A stretch of 52,087 bases of DNA, filler included, from Sphacelaria rigidula (Eukaryota), in NCBI GenBank assembly GCA_964200075.2. It is 4 parts of 4 records of this genome, joined end to end, with 100 filler letters (N's around TTAATTAATTAA, not from the genome) between each part and the next. Parts side by side here need not be neighbours in the genome. Positions count along the whole stretch, not along the records: positions 13,049 to 25,995 come from CAXNAA020003277.1; positions 26,096 to 39,042 come from CAXNAA020003278.1; 2 more parts are not named here. The stretch is one strand, 5' to 3'. The notes beneath the pieces were generated by a model, which was given only the letters and a program-made list of their open reading frames with translations, did not search any database and was not told where the DNA came from. Of this stretch, positions 24,400 through 37,835 are shown one piece after another. Position numbers and translations under genes: made by a program. Position 1 is the first letter of the stretch. Every line of letters begins with the position of its first letter.

Positions 24400-25760
24400 T
24401 CATGATTTTGTTTTGACCTCCGCAATGTTCGTAAGTGTTTTCGTTTTGAGGTCAAAGAGGTCAGCTGTTTTCGGGTGGTAGCTGGGGACGCGGAGGCCGC
24501 TCAACTATTCTTCTGGATCTATGTGTGGTGGCAGATCGTCTCCAGCAATGGTTTCGGAAGCATCGTGAATTTGCTAGCTCCACCGTTTGATGGTTATGTC
24601 ACTGCTTTTGGCAGGTCACCACGCAGAAAGGTGCATTTGTGGCCATGTGCCATACAGCGGCGTCCCAGTGATGCAACTGGTGGATGCAAAATCGTTCAGG
24701 GCGAGAGGTTTCGGCGTAGGATCCCGGTGGTCAATTTTCCTCTCACGTATCTTACTTCTCTCTTCAAACGCGTGAGGGCATTAGTATCCGGGAATATCTG
24801 ACAACAGTCGACAAGATGCGGGGGGGTGCTGACCCATCGCTGGTACCAAAATGTTCGGCATGCACCAGGGTAAAATGGGGAAATCCCTCGAGATTGCGAA
24901 CTCGTCTCGAGGAACCGGATATGATGGGAGTGGGATAAAGAGAAGAACAGTCAATTCTTCTCTGCTCGTCCCATCATTGTTTGTCTCCCGATTTATAGGA
25001 TAGGATATATGCTCGTACCTAGCGGGAAGAGTGCGCAGCCAAAAGGCACATCTCCAGTAGATAGCACGAGGCTTCCAACTGCTTGGTAATACTAACATGA
25101 GGTGGCCACGTACAGCGTAGTAGCACGACGCACGTGCACCCCGTTGAACGACTTCGCGCAACCCATGAACGAGTGAGGATGTGCGACATCCGTGCCCGCC
25201 CGTACGCCTCGTGCCTGTAGGAATATCGAATATGTGGGTGCCGTGAGGTTGAGGATCACCCACACTGGAACCGAGTTCTAGAGTGCAATGTGAGAGCTGA
25301 AACAAGATAGCTCGAGAGAACGTCAACGCGTGAACATCGAGGTTTTGGCAGCCAACACTGGGATCAAATAGTTTGAGCAGGGTTGGTACAAACCGAAGCC
25401 AAGAGCATTTGCCACTCTGAAGAGCTCTAGTGACTGATACGTGCTTTGTGCAATAACACGGGATCTTACAAATTGGGGATGAGAAACCCGTAGAAATAAA
25501 ATCTTCGTATCCGCACTAAATCTTCGAAATATGGTTCCATTTCTGCACCTACTGATAGCTTTTGACCACAACTACACGTCATACAAGTTCGGAGATTGAT
25601 AACCGAACTGTTGGGGTCCTAGGTGGAAAACCAATTACAACAGCGTTTCGTGAGATTAAGAGTGGCTCTGATAGTTCGCTATAACTTGGCCAATATTTCA
25701 TTTCGTGGGTGCTTTTTTTTGTCTCCCATTGCCGGCAACAATGTTTTCGTGAGATTGAGA
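24400..25760 (-). pseudogene. Endogenous L relic D (N-terminal, region I)
   Basis: Frameshifted AEHFG/YQRW/GQHP/HLVD (~24808-24860, like ExFG..RHWGHP.VD), then YGTWPQM (~24636-24656) and ADLFDLKTK. Confidence 0.45.
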
Positions 25761-25794
25761 GTTGAAAATACGATTGAGAGTAGGATTTGAATTC

Positions 25795-25920
25795 GATACC
25801 AGAAAATAAAGCATCTCATTGTAGGCTGTCATCCAAATGCAAGATGAACAGTGAAGGCGATACCAGAGAATAAAGAAATTCATTGTAGGCTGTCATCTAC
25901 ATGCAAGATAAACAGTAGGC
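25795..25920. repeat. Tandem duplication of a ~64-bp unit
   Basis: gataccag...cattgtaggctgtcatc...atgcaagat.aacagt occurs twice in tandem. Confidence 0.8.
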
Positions 25921-25995
25921 TTCGGACTGAACAAGCTTAGCAGGATGCAGCGCACCCTTCATGCGACTCGCCGAGCACACCACGGCGCTTCGCGC

Positions 25996-26095
25996 NNNNN
26001 NNNNNNNNNNNNNNNNNNNNNNNNNNNNNNNNNNNNNNNTTAATTAATTAANNNNNNNNNNNNNNNNNNNNNNNNNNNNNNNNNNNNNNNNNNNN
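25996..26095. other. Artificial contig linker
   Basis: N44-TTAATTAATTAA-N44. Confidence 0.97.
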
Positions 26096-28689
26096 GGTCT
26101 GATGACTATGGCATGCGAGATCATGAGTACACCCCATGGTGCTGTTCACTTTTATACACCCTCGCGAGTGAGCACTGCTGCTTGTTTTATGCAGTTTGGG
26201 GCACACACAGTCTCACTACCCCACACACTTGCACTGTATGTAGGTGTGGTTTTGCTGTTCTTCGAGGTAATCATGATGTTGGGGCGCCGCCGTGGTTGAC
26301 ATAACACGGTGTGATGGGGTGCGGAATGTTGACATGGGCCCCACACCGTTTAGCATGAAGCTGTCGCTTTTTCCATCTTTACGGGTGGAAACTGGATGAA
26401 GGGGATGGAAAGTTATCAAAAGTACACCTATCGTTTAAAACGGCTTTAATAAAATATTTGGCAGCTGAGAAAATATCAAGATATTCAGCATCATCCCAAT
26501 TTCACGTGTTTTAGTGCTGAGGGTCTTCTGCACATCTGCTGTTGGCAGATGATCGTCTGGACCGGGGTGAGAGATTCACACTTTCGATTGGGCTTATCCA
26601 GTATCCAGCCCCCCCCATCGTCAACAGTTCCGAGAAACGAAGCATGAACGGTAGGTGACGCAGCTGGGGTTTGCACACCAACGGTGCTCAGGCGCATGCA
26701 GCATATGCTACAACGTGTGCTGCACTGTGCTGTGTTATGCTTGTGCGAGGGCATATCACCCGAGACTACCCGTACGAGCTGATTCACGCTTGTCACCAAA
26801 AATTGTGTCATCAGCGAATGACTTCCGCAATACCGACCCAAGAGTCGCATACATGGTACACGATGACCTGAAGCAAAACAAAATATGTACGCGCGTCCTG
26901 GCCTAGTCCATGAAAAGGTTGTACAGAGTTTCGTTGCGGATCTCGACAACCCGATGCGGTTTTTCTCGCTTTGAAGTTCAAATACGTCTCAAAACAAAAA
27001 TCAAGTACTTGGGAATTTGTACGGTTAGAGCTCTTTCAGCGCACAAAAGCGCAAATGTCAACGTCAATTCTTGGAGTCAGACTCTGAAACATTGCACACA
27101 TACGCTACGGGACGTCACGAAAAGATTTAAATGCCGGCTTCCGATTTTAGATATTTTGCTATTTTGCGACTTATCGGGCGTGCCAGACGGGCATGTGATC
27201 CCCAGAAATCCCACCAACACCCTGGAACACCCGATAGCTGCGGAACCCCCCCCCCCCACCCGAAAGACCCATATTCCATACTATATGTGTACAAGGTTCC
27301 AAAGTCTCAGACCAACTCTTGTAGGAGCCGTTCACACATATATTTTTGAAGAATTTGAGTGGTTGGTACAAAACCATTCCTACGAAACAAGTTCGTGACG
27401 ATTTCGAACACAATTGATCCCAAAAAATTGAACGTTCCCTTGATCTTGGCCAAGCGCTCAGAATCGGGTGAAAATTTGAACACCCGGTCAAAATTGAAAA
27501 CCCGTTCGAAGTTAGGCGAAGAACTAAAATGGAGGAAATGTCATGTTTCACCGTGCTGCAGCACAAACATGCTCACTGCCCTCTCTCACATGCTGCAGCT
27601 ATCCTGTACTGTGTTGTGTTTAGATCTCGGTAAGCAGTTTGGTCTTCACTGGGATTGCCTGGGCTGCTGTACCGTTATTGTGCTCTCCTCAGTGTGAAAC
27701 ATTTGCAGTTGGCACGCGGTGCTGTCTTGTCAACTTTGAAAATGCCATGATGTCTTTGTTGAATATTGTTGTGTCTTTCGCGACGAACAAGGCGCTTCGT
27801 GCCGGAACCATCACTCCTGTACCGTAGCTGACACTGTAGTGTTGTGCGTTAGAACCCTGCGGAGACAGTTTGATCTTCGCTGGGGACTGCATGAACTGCT
27901 GTACTGTTGCTGTGTCCCGCTCGGTGCAAAGGTTGAAGTCGGCATATTGTGCTGTCTACACACCGTTGAAAACGTCATCATGGTGTGTTGGCTGTTGCGT
28001 CGTCTGTACAACGTACAAAGCGCGTCGTACCCAGATCCACCATTTCTATGCTGTAGTTTACGTTGCACTGCGGTGCGTATGAACGCTACGAGCATGTTCT
28101 GATCTACGCTCGACATCGCCTGAGCTGCTATACAGTAGTGGGCGGTCTAACTATTCATTTTGAGGCATTTTGTGGTTTCTTCGTAAGTGGCGATTGTACT
28201 ACCGCTGTTTTCCGGTCTGTACAGAATTAAGGTGGGTACGAAGTGCTGCCTACACGAAGTCGGAAAAGTCACGTAATGGCTGTGCAGCCGTTGCGTCTTC
28301 TTTGGGTGCAGTTGTAAAGGTGCACAACTCCTAGGTGACGCCAACCTCATGTATGTGCAACTCCAACTTGTTCGACGGGAGTTATTTCTGTCTCCGTTCA
28401 GAATCGCGGAATGCAAAAAACGGCGTTGAATTTTCAGATATAATGTTTTGAACGACTCTCACCAGAGTTGGTCTTACTCCAAGAATCGTGGCAAACATTT
28501 GCGGATGAACGATTTCCGGGTGACGAGCGTAAACCAGCTCGCCCCCATCAGCCTGGTCGTACGAATATTTACAGAACGGCAACGTGCATACTGGGACGAA
28601 ATGTAACCCCCCCCCCCCCCGGGGGTGACGCCCCTCTGGCGATACTTCCTTCAACCTTCTCGACATCAAAGTCTGGGTGCCACGCCAAA

Positions 28690-29830
28690 TGTATGTGATA
28701 GGGAAATATCTTACTTATCATTAATATCGTCTGATGGACCGACAGTGTCTCTCCAGCAAACCAAAATGGAGACAAGAAAATAAAAACCAGGTGTGACTGG
28801 AAGAGGTTTTACTCCGTGATGGCGATGCTTACGTAGGTACGGGTTGAGTTGAATGGTGCCGACACTAATCTAAAGCAATTTGATTTAATTTTCGACCAGT
28901 CCCTCTGAGTTATGTCAGCTATTATATCAGCCAAGCGTGATTTTAGCATAGGCTTTGTCCCATGTGTTCTTGCCAGCCTTCTGGGAAACGCAGCGGGAGT
29001 ACAGTCCCGTGCGGCGGAGAGATGATATCCAAGACAACAACGGCCTCACAAGCGGTGCTTCATCTTTTCGTACACGGGGTGGTGTACCCAACGTTCGCTT
29101 TGAGCGTCGCCGTGCTCGCAGCACGGTTTTGGTGGCCGTGTTGGCATTGCGATTTCCATTTGCGCTTAGCTCACTCCTGCGTTTTGCACGGCTTTAGGTA
29201 CGGGGCACAATATACGATAGTGCTATCGTCATTGTGTGTTATTTAATTCTTCCTGGATGGAACAACCCCGAGAAATAACTACATCGGCATCAGTGCTGCT
29301 GGCTCCCTATTGTTGGCCGTCGTACTTTGTCCTGGATGGCTTGTGTTGATCGATGACGTACAGACAGTACCGACGCGATGCTCACCGGCTGGCCAGGGTT
29401 AGCACATCTTGCGGTAAAGGTACAGTCGGTACCGCGACAGAATGCTGTTGAGAGGTACAATGGATAAGACAACCAAGCACTCTATACACGGGACATCAGA
29501 GAGCAACCGTAAACATGTATATATCTTGCGTGTGCGACCCCAAGTGCTAAAACGCCGCCTCCTTTCGAAGGTATACCGCACGCATGCTTCATGACTTCTT
29601 CGTGCTTGTGAAAATATCATAAATTATCGATGCTGACTGCAGATCTCTCCTCTAGCTCGTCTGCTGCCAATGCCCTGGGTTGTAGCAAGCTAATGGAGGG
29701 AAATGAAGCCAAGACCGGGCTTGGACAGCAAATATCCAACCAACTCAACCTTGTTAGCCTCTCTGTGCCATACAGGGCTTGAGTAGAGCACGTGTATCTA
29801 CGAACACAAGAATCCCTAACAAATGCCGTT
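28690..29830 (-). pseudogene. Endogenous L relic E (N-terminal, region I)
   Basis: HVLYSSPV (~29770-29795), ERWVHHPV (~29070-29097, RHWGHP-like), ARTHGTKPML (HGxWP-like) and ITQRDWSKIKSNCF appear in expected order. Confidence 0.5.
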
Positions 29831-31088
29831 CAAGAATCATGGAAAACAGCAATAAATGGGCTGATTTCAATCAAATTGTTATATGATGACATTTGATCTC
29901 TGTGCCTTCGTGATGCCTGGTCTACGATATACGCTGTTGCGCCGAAGAAAAAAAGAGTAAAACGCGCGCCGATATTCGCATACAAGAGTCATAGTATGAG
30001 TTATCAGCTGGGATCATCCGCAAGTAGGTGTAGTCCACACGAGGTGCCCCAGAGGGAGGACCTACGGCCCAACACGTGGCATATCTGAAAAGCTATGTTC
30101 AAGGCTGGATCGTCGGCACAAGTGGCAGGCTGAGAACGTGATTATGTCCCGCGTTCGGTGGTGTGCATGGTGTTACTCGGTACGCGTGCCTTGCGGACCC
30201 CATGGTACGACGATAGGTGGCAACCACGCTTCGCGTTCCAGCGCATTACCACGCCTAGGGCGTAGTATATGGAGTGTGTAATCCGCCGGAAAAAGAAGCA
30301 TCTTTATTCCTCTCGAAGAAAACCAGAACGGCACGATCGTTTGCATCATGTCTGGCGGCGCAGCTGATGGCATTGAAATTTAAAAACTCCGTCATGACCA
30401 ATATAAAGTGCAGTATAACACGCTGATACAATGTACAGTCTGCAGACAGTACCTGTACCGTAATACTGCGTAACCGCATCTGATATGCGGCGTAAACAAG
30501 GCTAACCGTATCTGATGTTTATTTAGATACTTTCCTACCAATATCAAGTGCAACTTTGCTTGTGAATTTCTCGCCTACGACTGCGTGTTTCATCATGAAA
30601 CTTTGCACACTAGTCGGAGACATCACAGGCAGCATATGGGCGAAGCACCAGCACGATTGGGCCCCAGAATTTGCTAAAAGATGGCCACAAGCGATTTCGG
30701 GGAATGCCGTCCATGCGCCCTAAAATCGGCTATACAGCAGTCCAGACTTCGCGCACTACAGGTGATTGGATACATGCACGCCCAGATGCACAAACTTAGA
30801 CATGTTGAGCGGCTGGGCGGCCGATGTGGTAGCAAACTGACACCGGTCTGTACAGCGACCCTTTCTGGATCATGACCATCTGTAGTGTACCAATCGACTA
30901 CAGTCTGTAGAGCTGCGCAGTTCATGACGCACGACCCTATGCGCGCTGTAGCCGCTGCGAGGCGATGAAATTTCGCTCATATGCTGTGCGAACCACAGTC
31001 AACAGTTCCACCTCGCTATATCTGATGCTGTGCGCTGGAGCAGTGCGCACGCACTGGAGAGAAAAGCGGTCAAATTCTGTTCCGAAAA

Positions 31089-31089
<1 letters not shown>

Positions 31090-31126
<37 letters not shown>
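31090..31126. repeat. (TG)n microsatellite
   Basis: Direct observation. Confidence 0.95.
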
Positions 31127-31127
<1 letters not shown>

Positions 31128-31179
31128 CTTTTGGCGCAGCACTGTCTGTACAGCGTTCCGAAACGGCAGCCACGACATG

Positions 31180-31800
31180 ACCAGTTCAATTCTACTGATT
31201 GTGTCCTACCGACCACCCTTTGATGGCCCCGTCACGACGACGTTCAGTCACCGATGTCTCCATGGCCACCCCTCGTGTCCCTATAGCAAGCTGTAGGTAA
31301 CTCTCCAGGTGTATGCAACCTCTCTTGCAGGCAGCGAGCGTCCCCAGGGAGCAGAGGCCAGGCGTCGGTGCTGCCACAAGGGTCGGAAAGCGAAGTAGCA
31401 GCCGAACAGAGCCTCGAGCTTTCTAAACTCTCAAAAGCGATGTACGTGTAGGTTACTCAGCTCAGCCGTGTGTCGTATCTACAGGAAGCAGGACGAATTG
31501 TCATGTACTTCCCCCGGGCAATGGCTGTCAGCTGTTTCCTAATACGCTGGCAAATCTCGCCGCATGAATCCCGCCGCACATAATTGTCCGCTGCCATCCT
31601 GATCCACGGCCCGGCCAACACAGCACCTGTCGCTACCGCATCTTCCATCCACAAAACTTCTGGCTACCTTCGTCTTTTCAACATTTGTATCATCTGGTGT
31701 CTTATCAACAATTGCATGGTACGCATGTGTGCTTTGCTGGATTAGCAGGGTTTCATGATTCACAGTCGGGGCAAACTTAGCATATTTCAAGCAAGCAGCC
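31180..31800 (-). pseudogene. Possible nucleoprotein-like relic upstream of L relic E
   Basis: HLESYLQLAIGTRGVAMETSV (~31250-31312) resembles the N motif F..GSYPLLWSYAMGVA; same orientation and N...L order. Confidence 0.3.
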
Positions 31801-31894
31801 CAAACGTGACGTCAAACGCGGTAACGCGTGGATAGCCGGTACGTTGGCATCACCAACAAGCAGACAGCAAGGTATCCCATCATATCATCTGATC

Positions 31895-32385
31895 ATGGGA
31901 GTAGGTGCCTCTGTTCCGGCAGCGGGTTCTACTGTCATTACTGGGCCCGATCAAGAGCACCGGCGACCTTCTTCCACGGATTCATCTTCCTCTTCCAAAA
32001 ACAACAGGTGTAACGAATGCGAAGCCGCAATGACAACATCAACGAGAGATGAAGGTGTTGAGGCAAACATGGGTAGCGACAACTCGGATCTGTCACCCCC
32101 AGTCAGCAGCAGCAACAGCTCTGACGCCGGTACTAGCGACAGGGGTAGCAAAAACAAACGCGGGACCTCCTTCACTGAGCATGTTCTGTCGAGTGACGGT
32201 GGTGGGTCTAGATCTAGGGCTAGTTCATTATCGCCTACTGATGAAGTCACGGCGGAAAGTAGAGTAGACTACGACCCATCAGAGGAACGACAGCCGCAGC
32301 AACAACAGGGACAATCACTCTCCATGTCGATTCCGTTCGACGCCATATCTGGCGTTTGTCACTTGGCTGATGGTGGCTGTTCTAG
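31895..32385 (+). CDS. Protein kinase (TKL-like) gene, exon 1
   Basis: Starts MGVGAS (N-myristoylation consensus), Ser-rich region, ends IPFDAISGVCHLADGGCS at an AG|GTGAG phase-2 donor. Confidence 0.75.
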
Positions 32386-34239
32386 GTGAGACGAAGCACA
32401 AGTTCCATACACTGCAGTTCCACTCCAGGAATGTGCTACGGCAGAGAAGATATGTGCTACAGTACCTTGCAAAGGTTAGGAGTGCCCACTGCTGGATCGA
32501 TCATCTGCTTGATTTGTGACGTACACGGCAGAAGAGATGATCGCTGCGCCAGGAATCGGTGCTCCTTGCTATTAGAGGGCGCATATCCGCGATCGTCACG
32601 GCCACGTTTTTTAGAGTTTCGAGTCCAATATACAAGAAAATCCATCGAGAGTACAAACAATAGTAGAGAGTAACATTGGTCAACATGCATTTGGGCCGGG
32701 GGTGCGTAGTGGGTGGCTCAGGGGACGAGAAAGTAGCAGTCCCCGGGGGTGGTTTCTACCGTGAATCTGGGTGGTATCCGCCGCTTTGGCCTATAGCGTG
32801 CGGATAGCAAGATTTAATGATAATATAAGTTCAGGTTAAAGCATTTGAAATGCTAGCAAAACGAAAAAGCATGGCGATGTACCTAAACACACGGATGCAT
32901 CGACATAAAGTTCAAGACAACAGAAATTCTTTTCCAATCCATCGTTTCTCCCCACCCGGGGATGAAATTGTGCTATTCCCTTCCCGAACATAATAGAGAT
33001 GTTATTTACCGTTCTGGCAAGTTACGGAGTTATTCACATACAAATATGGCCCTGAATACGCAGGAGGTACAGTTAGAACGCGTTCACCCTATCCTATATA
33101 CTCCTTCATGACTCGCCAGAGTGTGCTGCTTTCGTGTGTACCGTCTACTCAGCATACCGAAACGCACACCCACGTTGCTTGGCCAGGAAAGACAGGTGGG
33201 GGTCCTCATGTATTTACTTCCATACAATCGACACCCACGTGTTCAGATATATAGGACTTGAAAAACCACAGATCAAAAGCCAGATGTGACCGTGGGCGAT
33301 AGTGGGCGATCTGGAAGGCTTTGGAGGTCAAAGGGTTAACCCTTTGACCGCGAGGTGGGTGTTCTGAGCTTTACATCTATATTCCAATTGAAAATTATGC
33401 CAATTCAACAGGCCTACCCCCAGCGGCAATGGTAGCCTGGTTCCTGTCCTCCTGTATTGCTGTGCCATGTGACCCTTCCAAATTTGCAAGCCTCGCGTAG
33501 AGCCAGTTGCCCATGTTGTAGATGACTTTGTTTTGAACAGAGATGAAAAGGAGATACATTGCCACAGTGTACAACGCTTGAAACAAATGCACGTCAGCTA
33601 CTCGTACAAGCTCTACCATGCCGTTGCTCATGGGCCGAAATTCACCGTGATTTCGGAGAAATTTCAAGCGAAGTGGCGTATTCATCTGGACTCCAGCCGG
33701 CTCAACTCACCAGCCGAGAGGAACCGGTAGCGCAACTCCGCCGCGTTCTGTTACTACGCAACGCTGCCGGCGGCTATACCACCTATTATCAAGTTTTGCA
33801 TTATGTCTGTAATTGGTTGAACTTTGTGTGCCTGCCAGCTGGATGTTTTTTCGAACCAGTTTCACAACACTGTACACAACACTGCACACAATGCTGCACA
33901 CAACGCCTCGAAAGCTTGGCTTGTTGGCACAGAATTTCGATAGTAATCGCAAGGCACCTCAAGACTTCTGTGTCGAGCAAAGAGTATCGAGGGGCGCTCA
34001 CTCTGGCGTTCCGTTAAACGCGCGAATTGGGAGCAAGCGCATCCCTGATTTCTAAAAGTGACACTGGATTATTATGTTTATTTATGATTTTTGTGCACTT
34101 GTCGCCCTTTAAACCCCTCCCTTTCCTTGAGACGAGTCCGTCGTCTCAAGGAATCAACCCATCTCTCTCCAGTAGACACCTTGCATTTTGGCCTCGCGGA
34201 TTGGGTCAGCACTCCCGCACCGCGTCAACTTTCGTCGAA

Positions 34240-34388
34240 TAGACTCAGTAGAATACGTTCTGTTTACTCACGCACTAACGCGTCCGACGGTGGAAATCAG
34301 ACACTTCGAAGAAAAAACCCAACGCATCAGGATTCGAACCCTCGTTCTCTCCACCCTAATGGGGACAGTCGAACCGTTACACCACCGA
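34240..34388 (-). mobile_element. tRNA-derived SINE-like element
   Basis: Minus strand shows an A box (ggtggtgtaacgg) and a B box (ggttcgaatcc) followed by a T-run; 3' boundary uncertain. Confidence 0.5.
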
Positions 34389-34389
34389 A

Positions 34390-36203
34390 AAATTGAGTAT
34401 TTGAGGTCATACTCAGTCTACCCAAAATTTGAGCAGAGTATTTGACGCGTTACTCAATATACTCGTTATTTGAGTAGAATATTCGATGTCATACTCAATC
34501 TACTCAAAAATTGAGTAGAGTATTTGATGTCATACTCAATCTACCCAAAACTTGAGTAGAGTATGTGAGGTCATGCCCAACCTACCCGAAGGTTGGGTAG
34601 AGTATGTTAGGCGGGACCCGATGTACTAAAACCTTGGGTTTAACTTCAACTTTAGTATTCAAGTTCGTACGCAAGATACTCAAACTTGGGTAGAGTAAAT
34701 ACCGACGTATTCCCAGAGTTGCCCACCTATGATTAGTGCTGATTCCCGATCAAACTTCAGCAAACATTCGGATACAGTATATTCGAGAAAGCAGTTGGAT
34801 CAAAACCAAATTTGCCGCCCATGCAACGCGGATCGCCGGAGACACTTTCTACGATAGCCCCCCGACAAAACCAGCTGAAAGTGGCACAAAAAAAAATGAC
34901 ATAGAACGCCTGATGTTCGGGTTCAGACTGCATGAAGCGCCTCATATTGGCGACATTGGCTAGAACGAACCCAAGCGTGGGAATACCCAGCTTCTCGTTT
35001 TGCTCGGCCTTTCCCATTTCGATTTACTTCAAGATTTTGCCTCCCAAAACCATGCAATTTCGGGGGGGGGGGGCTATCGTAGAAAGTGTCCGGAGCCTCT
35101 TTTGGTTCCAGGTCTATCACTCCTGACTCCGTCGCGCCTTTTTCTGTTCATTCCTCTGGCGACTGTTTCGATGTTTCTGCATCTTGCGCTGTTTCCACCG
35201 CTGACTTTCCCATGGAGAAATGACACGTGCGACCAGTAGAGTCGCTCATTCTGATAATACCTACCCGACTACCCGTCTACTCGCTTACCCAATGATTATT
35301 TACGAGTGGCGGTATTTCATCGTCGGCAAAGCCTCCCGAGTAGCGCTCTGTACTGAAACTGATATCGAAGGGGTTGCGAGGTACCAAGTTTGTACTGCCA
35401 TGGGTGGGGGCAGGTGAGCTTGGGCAGGTAGATCCATTCACCTGCACGCTTTTCTTGTTTCTTTATTACCATCATTCACTCATACTCACTGTAGACCGTG
35501 ACGCAACGCCACTCATGTCATTGATGGCCATCGTTCGCCCATGCATTCGACATATTCTGTGAAGTGACGTCACGAAGTCGCTGACGGTCACGGTTACTCA
35601 TCATAGCCAAGTGACCCTTTATCCTTAAGTATTACCGAGAGTGCCTACTCAATATTTGAGTATAGTATTTGAGGCTGTACTCGATCTACTCATAAGTTGA
35701 GTAGAGTATTTAAGGTCGTACGCAATCTACCCCAAATCTGAGTAGAGTATTGAAGTCATACTCAAGTGATACTCTATACTCAAGTGTTACTGAAAGTGCT
35801 TATTCCATATTTGAGTACAGTATTTGAGGTCGTACTCGATCCACCCAAAATTTGAGTAGAGTGTTCGAGGCCGTACTCAATCTACCCAATATTTGAGTCT
35901 AGTATTTGAGGCCATACTCAATCTACCCAAATTTGAGTAGAGTATGGAGGCTATACCCAAGTGATACTCTATACTCAAGTATTACTGGGAGTGCTTACTC
36001 AATATTTGAGTAGAGTATTGGAGGTCGGTCGTACTCGATCTACTCGAAATTTGAGTAGGGTATTTCAGGCCGTACTCAATCTACCTAAAATTTGAGTAGA
36101 GTATTTGAGGTCATACTCGCCCTGCTCAAAATTTGAGTAGAGTCAATACTCGGGTATTTTACTCGAGTACTCAAAAGTACATACTCTACTCGACCTGCCC
36201 TTG
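34390..36203. repeat. Two arrays (34390-34700, 35630-36190) of ~39-bp palindromic units, probably DNA-transposon subterminal repeats; nested MITE at ~34800-35110
   Basis: Unit approximately gtcatactcaatctacccaaaatttgagtagagtatttgag. Inverted gacactttctacgatagcccccc / ggggggctatcgtagaaagtgtc pair, the latter also seen at 39185-39210. Confidence 0.75.
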
Positions 36204-37154
36204 GACCGTTTCCACCGAAGCGTGTGACAGAGGCCGACCATTTCTAGTTTTGTTTTTCCTATTTTGGTTTTCCTGTTTTTTTTTCTTTTCTTTTCTTTTC
36301 GTAGTCTATCATGTCTATCCTGCCTTTTCTGTTTGTTTTCTTCACTTTTTCGTCAGCGAGTGTTTCAGTCTTGATTCGTCTTGGGTGCGTCTGTCATGTT
36401 GGACGATGACCCCGGCTGGATCATGGCTCCTGGGGGATCACGTGAAGGGCGACTATCGATCGATCAATCAATCAGCAATGTGGACTGAAGTCTGCACTTT
36501 GCATGTGGACTGGTGGGTGATACCGTGCAATGTAACTACAGATGACTAGCTTCGTTTTCATGAACCCCACCACTAGCTGCCTCGAATTTAACAACGGGGG
36601 CCGTGCCGCGCAAGGATGCGGTATTGCCACTGCCAATCACTCGCATATACTGTAGTGTGGGTCAGTTGTGGGCAGTCGGAATCCCATGCTTGGCACCCAG
36701 ATGGGTGCATAACATCACAGGAGTGGCGGCTGAGTTTGTCTTACCCCTTTTATTTTCTTTTTTTCAGTGTAGGGATCCATACGAATATGCATACGGGTAG
36801 CATTGAAACGATCGTTATGTTGTTGGCGACCCACTCGTACAGCACGTTGGCCAGCGCCGCCAGTTTACCATATACTACTGTGTTTTCATAGTACATGCTA
36901 CAATCATAGTTTGGCACAGTCAGTAGAGCACAGAACAATTTAGCTGATTGATCGGTCGGTTGGAAGATGATCGTACATGAAGGTCGAGCGAGCCGCTACG
37001 AATCCAGCCATGGTCACGAGATCGACGGACCTATCCGACGTGAACAAACGGACCCTCTTTTGAAGCAGAACTCAAGATACTACGCTACAACACGAAACAT
37101 CCCGACAGGAATAACCCACAGCAGGTCCCCTGCCACGGCTTCAGGTGGGAGACC

Positions 37155-37383
37155 ATACGTACGCACGTACGTACCTACATTCATACATACGTACGCACGT
37201 ACGTACGTACATTCATACATACATACATACATACATACATACATACATACATACATACATACATACATACGTACATACATACATACGTACATACATACAT
37301 ACATACATTCACACATACATTCACACATTCACACATACAGACATACATACATGAATACATACATACGTACATGAATGCATACA

Positions 37384-37419
<36 letters not shown>

Positions 37420-37442
37420 TATACGTATGTACTTCATACATA
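37155..37442. repeat. (TACA)n microsatellite, continuing at 37836-37862
   Basis: Direct observation. Confidence 0.95.
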
Positions 37443-37835
37443 TGTGAAAAGGTGATTCCTTGAGAAGACACTTGTGGGAATTTGTCCCCTCTATGTAGTC
37501 ATCCCTCTCCTTCATCCTATTGGAGTTTTTTTTTGTAGGAGTAACCTTTTACGCCCGCTAGCGGTTGGAATCTTGCCTTTTTCATTCGCGTATCTTTTAC
37601 GTGTGTTACGTCAGCCAAGCAACGATCGCCGCAGGATATTTTCCGTGATATTTGAATTGTGCTTCAGAATCCACAAATGTTTTGGTTCCCACTGTGTTGG
37701 TGGGATCTGGGATTTGACCCTGAGACCTTCTGTTCGCGAAGCGTATGAGCTATCTCATGGTGTCGCCAATATAAAAAGGTGATTACTTGGCAGACACTTG
37801 TGGGAATTTGCCCCTTCTATGTGGCGGTTTCCACA
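37443..37835 (-). mobile_element. TRIM-like mini LTR element, copy 3, inserted in the microsatellite
   Basis: Reverse complement of the 11969-12427 family: aaaaggtgatt...gacacttgtgggaatttg occurs twice; ggtgtcgccaa is the PBS-like site. Confidence 0.75.

Noticed and set aside
26420-28680. Coding gene or intact DNA transposon
   Set aside because: Looks like transposon-derived sequence, but I could not match TIRs or recognise any domain, so it is left uncalled.
35630-36190. CRISPR-like array
   Set aside because: No unique spacers, units are degenerate and contiguous, no cas genes, eukaryotic intron context.
36967-37515. YIHT / MYVC repeat ORFs
   Set aside because: Translations of a (TACA)n microsatellite.
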